Origin: a virus
Lineage: Duplodnaviria > Caudoviricetes
DNA length: 58,346 nt
IMG/VR virus record: IMGVR_UViG_3300020477_000025
Coordinates: 1-58,346 of that record
Reading direction: 5' to 3' (one strand)
The notes below the pieces were generated by a model that saw only the letters and a program-made list of their open reading frames with translations, did no database searches and was not told the origin of the DNA. Position 1 is the stretch's first letter. The number at the start of each line of letters is the position of its first letter. Below, piece after piece: positions 10,010-19,917 of the stretch. The position numbers were made by a program, and so were the translations under genes.

Positions 10010-11842
10010 ATGACAAAAAATATAGGCATAAATATTAACGAACGTCCGCGGCCAAGCAGGAGAACTCTGTTTCCAGAGACATTTAATCCTATTTTAAGAA
10101 ATGTTGCCACGTCAGACTCTTTGATGTATTCATCACAGCTTCACGAACCTTCTAGAATTGCTGCTCTTGAAAAAGTTGAAATCAATGATGATGCCATAAC
10201 GATTTCACTTTATATGGAGGATGAAAAAAACACATCTCTTAGGGTTGTTGCTGTTAATTCACTTATTTTCCACGACTTAAACTATGAAGAATTAGATGAG
10301 TCACAGCAAGCGGTATTTTTTCCGCTAGCTAGAAGGGGCTACAATTTTAATTACAGGGAGTTTCCGGAGGTTGTTCGCTCTACTGACCTAATTGTTGCCA
10401 GCGGCCACACAAAAATTAAATTTGATAATTTTGTAGCAAACGAAGATCTTAGTTTATTTTTTATTTTTTATAATGAAGGGCGATATCAAATTTACAGACA
10501 AGATATAATCATTGGCGGCGAAATATTAAAGCCAGCTTGGGTTGTTGATAAAACATATTTTAAAAAACGAAGAGAGGAATTTCTTTTTCAACCTTCTGTT
10601 TCTAATATGAAATTTTTGCAAGATAAGCAAGATAAAGTTTTGTTTTCTAAGATTCATTATACGCCAGATAGCCTAGGAAATATTAGGTTTGTGTTTGGTT
10701 TTGATATAAAAAGATACTTAGAGAATAACGTGGCATTCCCAGAATTAATTTCTTTTATAGATGACATGGATGCACTAGTTGATTATAAATGTTTAAGGTA
10801 TTGGATAGGTGATGACAAAAGCTTTTCTGTGTTCGATTCTAAATTTCCAAAAACATTAAATCTTCAAGTTGTTGAAGATATTGATCTTTTGGATGATGTG
10901 ATTTTGTTTAGTGGAGTAGATGATAGCGCTGAAAGAGGGAATTATAGTTATCACGTAAACTTGATTATAATGGATCCCACAATAGATGAGGCAGAAGAAA
11001 GAGTTAGATTATTAAAAAAATATCGGTATGAACTTTTGCATTATGAGGATTTAACAGACGCCGCAGATTTAACTTTGGGAAAAATAATATTTCTTTATCC
11101 TCAACGATTTCTTTTTTTAAAGGAAAGGATAGATAGTGCATCGGTTTTATCTAAAGAAATTACAATGAGGGTGGTTGCAACTATAAATGAAATAATCGAC
11201 AATATTCAATTTAGATTGCGAAGTATTAAGGGCTCTTCTGATCTTAATTATAAAACCGGCGGTGGCGAAACTGTTGTTGAACCTAAGCTTAGTTTAAACT
11301 CTGTTGAGCGAGCCCGCAGAGCGACAACGTTATACAAGACATATCTAAACATCGGCCTTCACGACTCAAAAGAGCTTAACATAATGTTTGATCAATTTAC
11401 GCCGAATACGCTTAATTCTCTTAGTTTTGAACAATTAGCACAATATGTTTCAATTGTGGAGGAAAATGTGATAACCTCTAGCATTAATATGTCACCCCCA
11501 GTTTCTGGTATTAAAACTTTCACCGAGAGCAGAAATGAATATGCTGATTATAAAACTGGCAGTTTTTACGTTGGTTCATCAATGGAACAACTGTGGGACA
11601 AAAAAGAGAGTTCTCAATATGTTATAGAAAAACCATACGAGTCCACAGTATATAAATTGAAATATTTAGCTAGTTATTTAAGTAGTGATATTGATGGCAG
11701 TTTAAGTATTCATTGTGAAGATTGGGTCGAAATTAATGGTGCTCAGGAAGCGTTACAGTTGAAATTTTTAGGAAACTTGCTGGTTAAAGTCGAGAGTCAA
11801 GAGAATATAAACAATAAATACTTTTTTGTAAGGGCGGTATAA
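10010..11842 (+). CDS. Hypothetical protein (probably virion-associated)
   Basis: 610-aa ORF with upstream GAGGA, tightly packed in the structural operon; no recognisable motif. Confidence 0.7.
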   Translation: MTKNIGININERPRPSRRTLFPETFNPILRNVATSDSLMYSSQLHEPSRIAALEKVEINDDAITISLYMEDEKNTSLRVVAVNSLIFHDLNYEELDESQQAVFFPLARRGYNFNYREFPEVVRSTDLIVASGHTKIKFDNFVANEDLSLFFIFYNEGRYQIYRQDIIIGGEILKPAWVVDKTYFKKRREEFLFQPSVSNMKFLQDKQDKVLFSKIHYTPDSLGNIRFVFGFDIKRYLENNVAFPELISFIDDMDALVDYKCLRYWIGDDKSFSVFDSKFPKTLNLQVVEDIDLLDDVILFSGVDDSAERGNYSYHVNLIIMDPTIDEAEERVRLLKKYRYELLHYEDLTDAADLTLGKIIFLYPQRFLFLKERIDSASVLSKEITMRVVATINEIIDNIQFRLRSIKGSSDLNYKTGGGETVVEPKLSLNSVERARRATTLYKTYLNIGLHDSKELNIMFDQFTPNTLNSLSFEQLAQYVSIVEENVITSSINMSPPVSGIKTFTESRNEYADYKTGSFYVGSSMEQLWDKKESSQYVIEKPYESTVYKLKYLASYLSSDIDGSLSIHCEDWVEINGAQEALQLKFLGNLLVKVESQENINNKYFFVRAV

Positions 11843-11845
11843 CAA

Positions 11846-14800
11846 ATGGCATTTCCAAGAGAATGGAGTCTTTGGTTTAAAAGAGAGGCGCTTAAAGAAG
11901 ATAAGCTCCGAAAGCCTTTTTATGATTTTAATTATGTAATATATCCTGTTGCCGAAGACACATTAGAGACTGTCGGCACCGCGCCGGTGTTCCCTAGTCA
12001 AAACAAGGGTGCCGAACCGTATAAATATAATACTCCAAAAAAATTAAAAGACTTAGGCTTATCCGGACCAGTGCTTGAAGCAGACAAAACTTACTACATG
12101 GTTATGAGACTTAGGAATCAGGGTACTAAAGTTTGGAAACAGGATAGCACAAGCGATGATCATGTGGCGCTGGGCCCAAATATTTCGACGGATGATGTAC
12201 ACTTGGCCGGCGGCCCACCAACTGGTGATATACTCGGTTGGAAAAATGGTGATGATTTTGTTCCTTTTGTGAACTTCGCGAAAAAAATAGCATGCCGGAA
12301 TGTGATCAAAGACGAAAAGAAGCGCGTTGCGTCTGTGTGCACTGAAGAGGGAGCAACAAACTTTCACAAACTCGGTCAAAAGACTCTCGTGCCGTACACC
12401 CCAGACTCTTTTGGTGCAATAGATATAAATTCATATGCAGGAAAAGACGTTGGCGGTACCGGCATCAGCACCCCAACTGGCGATGCTTTAAAACAAATTT
12501 CGACTATTTGTCGCAACCCAAATATGCCGAGGAAACAACTAGTCACGCTGGCCTCTAGTTTAAATCAATGTAACTACATTTTGAAATTTATGTTAACATT
12601 TTTGGAGCAAAATGATACTTATACGCAAGAAAATGGATTGTGGGATGCCCGTTCCGCCCTTCAACAGGGTTTGGTTGATTATAGTAAATGTCCCGCCGAT
12701 AAGCCCATAAACAAGATGAGTGATTTAAAAGCTGTTTTTTCTGAAGCTGGTCTTGCGACTGTGGTGCGGCAAATATGGATACACTATGAGAAGCTTTTAA
12801 AGGCCGGCTCGTCAAAACCGCTGTGGGCCCCTTCTTTGCACGATCCCTGTACTCATCCCGGTTGGGGCGCCCCTTTGGTTCTTGGAAAAAATTACCCAGA
12901 AGGTATGTTTTATTCTAAGGTTTTAAATGCCCCGTATGCAACTTTGGGACATTGTTTGGATACAAGTGCACCACCGCCGCCAAAGCTTAATAATAAGTGC
13001 GCCCCCGTGCCCGGGAAATCACATTCAAAATGTTCGGGAGACTCTGTGCCCAATTATATTGACCCAGACGACGGAGACGAGTACACCTATAACTTCAAGA
13101 ATTATCCAACTTATGCAACTTGTTTTGATCACAATGATTGTAATTCGGAATGTCATCAAAAGTGCTATTGGGCAAAAGCAGCCGACAAAGGCGGCATGGG
13201 AAATTTCAATGCCGCAGACAAGAAGGCCGTTATGAAGTGTAAGCAGGAATGTTTAGAAAATCCCGCGCAACTTACTTATGGCCGAGCCGCGGATTCAGCG
13301 CCGGCCATTAAACAAGAAATTCGATTTGACATACCAAAACTCCATTGCAAAAAAGAAAATAAGCTCAGCAAAAATGGCACATTCAGGTGGGTGGAGAAAG
13401 ATATTAATGCGGTTGATATAACCGGCGCTAAAATTAAAACCTCCATGGCCTTTGCTGGTTTTTATTTTAGAACTCCGACGCTAGAAAAACTTAAAGATTA
13501 TCAAACAAAAAATGATGATGAAAAAATACCGCCGCTTTTTTCTTTTGCAATGGATATGTTTTGGCCAAAAGGGAATAAAAAATATAAATTTAGTAATCCA
13601 AGCCTTAAAAAATTTAATTACGAAGTTCCAACAAAACAGTTTGTTGAGTGGCAAAACGCTAAAGATGAAGATGAAAAAGTTAATCACCCGGGCGATATAT
13701 TTTCTGAAAATGAAAGAATTTTCTTTCACATAAAGAAAAAGCCACCACCGCCAATAAAGCCTCCAGAACCGAATAGCAAGATTGGCGAAGAAGAATTACA
13801 AGTAGATAAGGATATTGATGAAAAAGACATATTCAATACAACAGATCTTTTTGTGCCTGTGTGGCACCTTATCAATATAGATAAACAAGATTGGCCCCCA
13901 TATGGTGAAACATATTTTATGACAGATCACTATTGTGGCCCAACAGAGGATGGCTTTATGATGGGGAGCATTGATGCCCTTACAATGGAGACCATGAGTG
14001 ATAAGTTTAGAAAATATACAAATTCTATATGGCAGGTTGCAAAAATACAACCCGGCGCCACACCACGCATGGCCTTTGATGTTGATTATCAAATTAGAAA
14101 AGGCATTGTACCCGAAGGTACAAACGCGGAAGAGGTATACAACAAAATCAATAATCGCAATACAGCGAAAACAAGAAAAATTTTAAAAGATTGGATAAAA
14201 ACAGTAACGGATGACAAAACTTTTTCAAAAGATGAAGTGCCATGGCTGGCTGGGAAAACATTCAAAAGCAAAAGATATCCACATTTAACTGATACCGGTG
14301 TAAAGAAATCACAACCCGGATATGTCGAGCCAGCTTCTGATTTCGAAATAGAAGATATATTGAAGGTTGAAGCTATAACGAGAAAAACATTTCCACACGG
14401 CTCGGATTATAAATCTTCGGACACTGATGAGAATCTATATTGCCAGCACCCATACAATACTGGAAAATATTCTCCAAGGAAAAAGTGTAGATCATATGGA
14501 GTTGTGACACCCGCAATAAAACAGCAGTTGACACAAGGGCAAAAAACTAAGTGCAAAAAGACTGGCTGCCCGCCCGGGTATAAATGTCAGTCTTCGGGGT
14601 GCATCTGGCAGCAGGACTCTAATATAGCAAAAATTATTAAATCTTCCGACTACATGGTACAAATATCTGGTATACAGCCCGGATATGATTTTGATGATTA
14701 TAAAATTGATTTGCCCGGATATAGAACATACGATTATAAAGGGGCAACCGGCCTTACGAGCAATGAAAAAGAAACGTGGATTACAAGGGAGATCTTGCCC

Positions 14801-16522
14801 GGGCCCGGTAAATTGAATTTAAAAGTTGGTGATGAGATTGACAGAGTAATCTGGGGACAAAGCAATGAATATCAAAATTGGAAACCGTCTGTCGAAGTAG
14901 TCGAAGCAACGTTACCGTTTATCAAAGGGAGTGTCGATATATACAACGAAGAGGGGATAGATTATTTAATAAAGAACACAAAAGAAGCTCGCTACCCAAT
15001 GCTTAAGAAAAATATTAAATGGAGCAATCCAAATCCCAAGTCAATTGGTTTTCCAGCACGCCCAACATTTAGGCTCTCAGAGCCCCCCATCATTAGCACG
15101 CTTATTGAAATTGTTGATTCTATGGAAAATAATGACAATTGGCATTATGACATGAATTTCACATATAAACCGTGGGATAGAAATAGAAAGCCAATTAACT
15201 CATATTTGCAAGAAATGGATGTTGAGCCACATCTCATTGCAGTAGATAAATGCCAAGAAAATATTCTTAAAATATCAGAGGCTTCGGAACATTTATTGCC
15301 ATATGCTTATGAAAATGAAAAATATAAAGGAAACCCCAGTGATATGGGGAATATTAGTGATTGTAAACCAGTTAAACATGACACATCCGTGATTAGTGTT
15401 TCAAATAATATTATAGATAAAATTAATAAAACGGTTGATTTTAATAAAAATGCAACTTTATATAATGAAGTTACATTTGATATGAAAAATGATAAATATG
15501 ATACGCCTGTGCGTTCATTTTTGTTTTCCAACTTAAGCGAAGCTGAGAGGAAGGCTATATTTTATCACGTCGCCTCCGCAGATCATTCGGAAGAAGAGGT
15601 TGCCACCAAGACCTCTCTTATTTCAGAGCACAAAGGAAGCTTGAATTACGGCAATAGACCATATTTCTATCTTTCCAGAAATTATTCAACCGAAAAGATA
15701 ACGAACACCAATGTTAATAAGGGTATAGTAGAAGAAGATCTAATTTCTGCATGGCAATCGCCTACAAAAATTTCCGCTGCAACACTTTTAGACGACTCAA
15801 TTAAAGAAACAAAAGACGGTTGGGAATTAAATAATATAAAACTTAAAAAAGAATGGTTCCGTGATTATGGGGAACTTTCCGCCGGCAAATTGGCGAATTA
15901 TGAAGTAGTGGCTTATAAGCTTGTTAAATCAGGCACAAAAACAAAATCAAAAGTCAGTCAGGGCACCTTCGGCGCGTATGAACAAACCGGCGATCCAATT
16001 TATATTTACCCCAGCTTTGAAAAAGATGAAAAGAAGAGAATTATAAATTATATTGATACACAGGTAAAGTTGGGCAAAATGTATGAGTACGACTTGTATG
16101 CTGTAATGTTGGTATACGGCACCAAATATAAATATGTAAATCCCCAATTGGGCAGGGAATATAAGACTCACGAAGTTAATGGTGAAGAATTCAATGTCGA
16201 TTTAAAAGATAATTGGCAAGCGTATGTTAACGATATAAATAAAACACCAAGTGAGATACATCCAATTTACAGCAAACAACAGGTACTGCTCGGTGCCGGC
16301 GCAACCGGCGCTGTCGTAACAACTAAAAACAAAAATGATGTAAAATTGCAACAAAGAATAAAGGAGGGTCAAGTCAAAGACTGGAATTCGGGCCCAACTG
16401 CACAAGGTGTGGCTCATAAGTTTGAGTATGTGCATAATTATGCAATATCATCTTATGTGCAATCTAGACCTCATTTGGCTATATATGAAGTGCCACTATT
16501 AAGGAGACCTTTTAAGAAATGA
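11846..16522 (+). CDS. Large hypothetical protein with Cys-rich modules (probably virion-associated)
   Basis: 1558-aa ORF. Cys clusters such as TCFDHNDCNSECHQKC and CKKTGCPPGYKCQSSGC; C-terminal YIDTQVKLGKMYEYDLYAV resembles an FN3-like strand. Confidence 0.65.
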   Translation: MAFPREWSLWFKREALKEDKLRKPFYDFNYVIYPVAEDTLETVGTAPVFPSQNKGAEPYKYNTPKKLKDLGLSGPVLEADKTYYMVMRLRNQGTKVWKQDSTSDDHVALGPNISTDDVHLAGGPPTGDILGWKNGDDFVPFVNFAKKIACRNVIKDEKKRVASVCTEEGATNFHKLGQKTLVPYTPDSFGAIDINSYAGKDVGGTGISTPTGDALKQISTICRNPNMPRKQLVTLASSLNQCNYILKFMLTFLEQNDTYTQENGLWDARSALQQGLVDYSKCPADKPINKMSDLKAVFSEAGLATVVRQIWIHYEKLLKAGSSKPLWAPSLHDPCTHPGWGAPLVLGKNYPEGMFYSKVLNAPYATLGHCLDTSAPPPPKLNNKCAPVPGKSHSKCSGDSVPNYIDPDDGDEYTYNFKNYPTYATCFDHNDCNSECHQKCYWAKAADKGGMGNFNAADKKAVMKCKQECLENPAQLTYGRAADSAPAIKQEIRFDIPKLHCKKENKLSKNGTFRWVEKDINAVDITGAKIKTSMAFAGFYFRTPTLEKLKDYQTKNDDEKIPPLFSFAMDMFWPKGNKKYKFSNPSLKKFNYEVPTKQFVEWQNAKDEDEKVNHPGDIFSENERIFFHIKKKPPPPIKPPEPNSKIGEEELQVDKDIDEKDIFNTTDLFVPVWHLINIDKQDWPPYGETYFMTDHYCGPTEDGFMMGSIDALTMETMSDKFRKYTNSIWQVAKIQPGATPRMAFDVDYQIRKGIVPEGTNAEEVYNKINNRNTAKTRKILKDWIKTVTDDKTFSKDEVPWLAGKTFKSKRYPHLTDTGVKKSQPGYVEPASDFEIEDILKVEAITRKTFPHGSDYKSSDTDENLYCQHPYNTGKYSPRKKCRSYGVVTPAIKQQLTQGQKTKCKKTGCPPGYKCQSSGCIWQQDSNIAKIIKSSDYMVQISGIQPGYDFDDYKIDLPGYRTYDYKGATGLTSNEKETWITREILPGPGKLNLKVGDEIDRVIWGQSNEYQNWKPSVEVVEATLPFIKGSVDIYNEEGIDYLIKNTKEARYPMLKKNIKWSNPNPKSIGFPARPTFRLSEPPIISTLIEIVDSMENNDNWHYDMNFTYKPWDRNRKPINSYLQEMDVEPHLIAVDKCQENILKISEASEHLLPYAYENEKYKGNPSDMGNISDCKPVKHDTSVISVSNNIIDKINKTVDFNKNATLYNEVTFDMKNDKYDTPVRSFLFSNLSEAERKAIFYHVASADHSEEEVATKTSLISEHKGSLNYGNRPYFYLSRNYSTEKITNTNVNKGIVEEDLISAWQSPTKISAATLLDDSIKETKDGWELNNIKLKKEWFRDYGELSAGKLANYEVVAYKLVKSGTKTKSKVSQGTFGAYEQTGDPIYIYPSFEKDEKKRIINYIDTQVKLGKMYEYDLYAVMLVYGTKYKYVNPQLGREYKTHEVNGEEFNVDLKDNWQAYVNDINKTPSEIHPIYSKQQVLLGAGATGAVVTTKNKNDVKLQQRIKEGQVKDWNSGPTAQGVAHKFEYVHNYAISSYVQSRPHLAIYEVPLLRRPFKK

Positions 16523-17568
16523 CAACGAAGTACAAAGAGTGTGGTGCTTGTTATCCGGGTACAGATGGCTACGGCTACGGCGGCGGCCTCACGGCTATTA
16601 GCATCGAAGGTCCGCCCTTGTCGCCGCTTGTTGAAGTTATTCCCTATGCTTACGTAAATAATAAAATATTATTTTTATTTCAAAAGAAAGAGGGTTTACA
16701 AAAAATTAAAATAGCTAAAGAATTTAAAGAAGAGTACAAGGCGTCGTTTGAGGCACAACATTCGACGACGGCTGCTGAGACACTACAAAAAGACGAATTG
16801 TATTTTGGATGTACTACGATATCTGGCCTTAGTGCCGATAGGTGTCCCGTTAAAGAATATGTAATTTATAAAACTTCTGGTCAAAGACCCTTGTCGTTTT
16901 TTGACTTTGGCGCACAATATGATACTGTCGACCGCGACGACGGCGCTTATATTGATGAAATTCAGCCGAATAAAAAATATTTTTACATTTTCAGGGCAAT
17001 AAGTGTTGGAAAAGAACAAAAGTCTTATCCAGATTTAGTTTATTCAGTTGAACTGATTGATGAGGGCGGCGTAATATTTCCGTCGATAGAGATATTAGAT
17101 TTCAGCAAAGGGCGAGAACATAAAAAATCCATTATTTTTAATAAAAGATTAAAAGTAAAGCCGGCATTTTTGCAAGCGGCGCCAAACCCGCAGAAGACCA
17201 TACAGAAATATGCGGGAGGTCAACCTGTTGCTTCTATGCCCGGTGACTTGGGATATGAAGACAAGAGTACATTTATCAATAAAGATGATCCAAGAAGTGA
17301 AAGATATCCCAAATTTAAATTTAGGATAATTTCTAACAGTTCACAGAAAAAAGTTGATATTAATATTTTTATGAGAAAGATGGTTGAATTTAAATCTGTA
17401 AGCGAGGCGTATGATTTTAAATATGTAAAAAATAAAGATGGCTCAAGTAAATTTACATCAAAAAAGCCGACAGAAGAAATGAAAGAGGAGCGCAGAAAAA
17501 AATTACAAGGACAATTGTTGACCGGCCTATGGGAAAAAATAATTTCTTGGGATGATGACGGTTTATAA
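16519..17568 (+). CDS. Hypothetical protein with FN3-like beta segment
   Basis: ATGA overlap; YIDEIQPNKKYFYIFRAIS resembles the end of a fibronectin type III domain. Confidence 0.6.
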   Translation: MTTKYKECGACYPGTDGYGYGGGLTAISIEGPPLSPLVEVIPYAYVNNKILFLFQKKEGLQKIKIAKEFKEEYKASFEAQHSTTAAETLQKDELYFGCTTISGLSADRCPVKEYVIYKTSGQRPLSFFDFGAQYDTVDRDDGAYIDEIQPNKKYFYIFRAISVGKEQKSYPDLVYSVELIDEGGVIFPSIEILDFSKGREHKKSIIFNKRLKVKPAFLQAAPNPQKTIQKYAGGQPVASMPGDLGYEDKSTFINKDDPRSERYPKFKFRIISNSSQKKVDINIFMRKMVEFKSVSEAYDFKYVKNKDGSSKFTSKKPTEEMKEERRKKLQGQLLTGLWEKIISWDDDGL

Positions 17569-17602
17569 TAATACTTATAAAAAAGGGATTTTCTGTTAAA
17601 AT

Positions 17603-17610
17603 ACTATTTA
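17603..17610 (+). promoter_or_regulatory. Putative phage late promoter (ACTATTTA)
   Basis: Exact ACTAWTTA motif in an intergenic gap, ahead of a GGGAG SD and the ATG at 17632; the motif recurs before other structural genes. Confidence 0.65.
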
Positions 17611-17631
17611 TAATAGCTTGGGAGAAAAAAG

Positions 17632-18618
17632 ATGGCATTTTTAGACAATGAAGGAAGTGTTACTATTGACGCAGTGCTAACAGTCGCTGGCCGAAAAAGA
17701 CTAGCTGCAGGCGACGGCACTTTTAATATTTCGGCGTTTGCATTAGGGGATGACGAGATTAACTACACATTATATAATTCTGATCATTCTCAAGGAAGTG
17801 CGTATTATGATTTAAATATTTTAAAAACTCCAGTAATGGAAGCGTTTTCAAACACTGGTGCGTCTTTAAAGCATAAGCTATTAACTATTCCCAGACAAGA
17901 CATTTTATATTTGCCAACTCTAAGAATCAATACAAATGCTTCAAGCAAAGGCGCCGGCGATGCTGGCAAGCCGCTAGCGTCGACGCCCAACACAGACATG
18001 TACGTGGTTTTGTGCACAAAAAATGCATATGATGCGTATACTACTTTACCAGACGGATTTATTGACGGCCGCGATGCAAGCAAGGCGTCGGCAGCTACGC
18101 AATTGATTACGCTTGATCAGGGCATCGATAGTGCCACAATTGATCAGGGCTCTTGGGAAACTAGAGTAGAGGATGATTTAAATGAAAATCAGTTTATCAT
18201 TCAAGCAGATGAGAGGTTCGCGAGGATTTTAACTCCCGGCGCCGGTGGCGCTGGTGGAAACGACGCCGCGTATAGTTTTATTGACGAGGATAATATTGCT
18301 ACTTATTACGCGGTAGATCCATCTTATTATCAAAAGGGGTATCCAAGCTTAGATGAAAATGCCTCTGTTATTGCAGGCCCCAGAGGCACAAGGTTTTCAT
18401 TTGGCTGCCGATGCTCTGCTTTATTAAGAAATAAGAATACGTTATTTACTAAGTTTGGTGGGACTATTGCTGGTTTCTGGTCAGATACTGGCGCAACAAC
18501 TACAACCATACAGGGAAGTACTGCTGCCAAGTACTTAGATTCCACTATTCGTGTTATGGGCAACAAGACTGGGATTGCTTTAGACGTTCCAGTTAGATTT
18601 ATTAGAGAAGATGATTAA
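17632..18618 (+). CDS. Virion structural protein (baseplate/tail-associated)
   Basis: N-terminal IDAVLTVAGRKRLA...FALGDDEINY domain, paralogous to ORF 8477; has its own late promoter and SD. Confidence 0.6.
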   Translation: MAFLDNEGSVTIDAVLTVAGRKRLAAGDGTFNISAFALGDDEINYTLYNSDHSQGSAYYDLNILKTPVMEAFSNTGASLKHKLLTIPRQDILYLPTLRINTNASSKGAGDAGKPLASTPNTDMYVVLCTKNAYDAYTTLPDGFIDGRDASKASAATQLITLDQGIDSATIDQGSWETRVEDDLNENQFIIQADERFARILTPGAGGAGGNDAAYSFIDEDNIATYYAVDPSYYQKGYPSLDENASVIAGPRGTRFSFGCRCSALLRNKNTLFTKFGGTIAGFWSDTGATTTTIQGSTAAKYLDSTIRVMGNKTGIALDVPVRFIREDD

Positions 18619-18631
18619 GCGGAGATAAATA

Positions 18632-19906
18632 ATGGCTACAACATTTAAAGTTTTAACAAAAGAAGATATTACAGCAACAAAAACTCTTTTACACGAGATG
18701 ATTCCTTTAACCGGAAGTATTGTTTCTGGTACGTATAATAAGGGCGGCTTGTCTAGTGCGCTAGCGCTCGGCAGCGAATATAACATTAAGACCTACGGGC
18801 ACGGAATGTTTCAATCGGTTTATGATTATCCACACCTGAGTTCTTCGGCAAATCATCTTTTTGATATGACAATTGGGCTTTGGTCTGGCGGCGATTTTGC
18901 AACAGGTAGTAGCGGCGGCTATGTTATTGGTAAAATGCAACCATTGACGGGCGCAGAAGATAAGCACAATATTTATTCACAAATGGCTCAGCTTTTAGTG
19001 GGTCACGATCATACTGGCAATATTAAACCATTTGATCATTCTGGTGCCATTACAAGCTCGCAGGGTGAGAAGATTCATTCCGCTGTTTTCTTAAACTTTT
19101 CACGACTTTTGACAAAAGATGAGATTAAGAAGGGAAGCTTTACAATGGTGGTGGGAACTTCATCATATTTTACTCCTGCAAAGGGCCCATGGGGCACCGC
19201 TGACGACGCGCTAATTTATATTTCCGATTATGGTGCAGCAACTAATTTTAAAACCAATTCACCAGCGGGCGAATATGGCATTCTTTATAGATCTGATTCT
19301 TCTAATACAGCCGTGAATGCTGATGATGCGATTCAGCACAATAGAGTTGGCTTGATTTACTATCAGGCCGGCGTCGTTGTTTTGGAAGGCTCTTCTTCTA
19401 TGGCAACAGCAAGCATTCCTCTGTGGCAAGGTCGCTTGAATCCCACAACGGCCGTTGTATCTGAGATCAACGGCGCCGGCGCTCCCGTTTTTACAGGGTT
19501 TTTAACAGCTTCAATTTCTGGCGTTAGCTCTAGTGGTATAGGAAATTCTAGCGGCTACTGGGATTGGGAACAAACGATGGTTTCTGCTACGATTGATCAG
19601 GCTTGTAATGGAATAAGACACAGAATTAGAAATATTGAATTTCAAAATACGACAGAGTTAAATTCGACAATATATTTCTGTCGCGCCGGCCACAACGAAT
19701 TTAACTATAGTAGCAATACAACTTACCTTTCCGCTAGTGAAATTAGGGTGAAAGATGGCAAAGCTAAGAATCCGCCCGTTACGTTTCCCACTACAGTTGG
19801 TTTATATTCCAACGACGGTGAGTTAATGGCCGTTAGTAAGCTGTCTGAGCCGCTGAGAAAAGATCCTTCTATTGATTTTACAATTAGAGTACGGCTAGAC
19901 TACTAG
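18632..19906 (+). CDS. Virion structural protein (baseplate/tail-associated)
   Basis: C-terminal EFNYSSN...TTVGLYS..GELMAVSKLSEPLRK...IRVRLDY domain shared with ORF 19918; GGAG SD. Confidence 0.6.
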   Translation: MATTFKVLTKEDITATKTLLHEMIPLTGSIVSGTYNKGGLSSALALGSEYNIKTYGHGMFQSVYDYPHLSSSANHLFDMTIGLWSGGDFATGSSGGYVIGKMQPLTGAEDKHNIYSQMAQLLVGHDHTGNIKPFDHSGAITSSQGEKIHSAVFLNFSRLLTKDEIKKGSFTMVVGTSSYFTPAKGPWGTADDALIYISDYGAATNFKTNSPAGEYGILYRSDSSNTAVNADDAIQHNRVGLIYYQAGVVVLEGSSSMATASIPLWQGRLNPTTAVVSEINGAGAPVFTGFLTASISGVSSSGIGNSSGYWDWEQTMVSATIDQACNGIRHRIRNIEFQNTTELNSTIYFCRAGHNEFNYSSNTTYLSASEIRVKDGKAKNPPVTFPTTVGLYSNDGELMAVSKLSEPLRKDPSIDFTIRVRLDY

Positions 19907-19917
19907 AGGAAGGTGGC

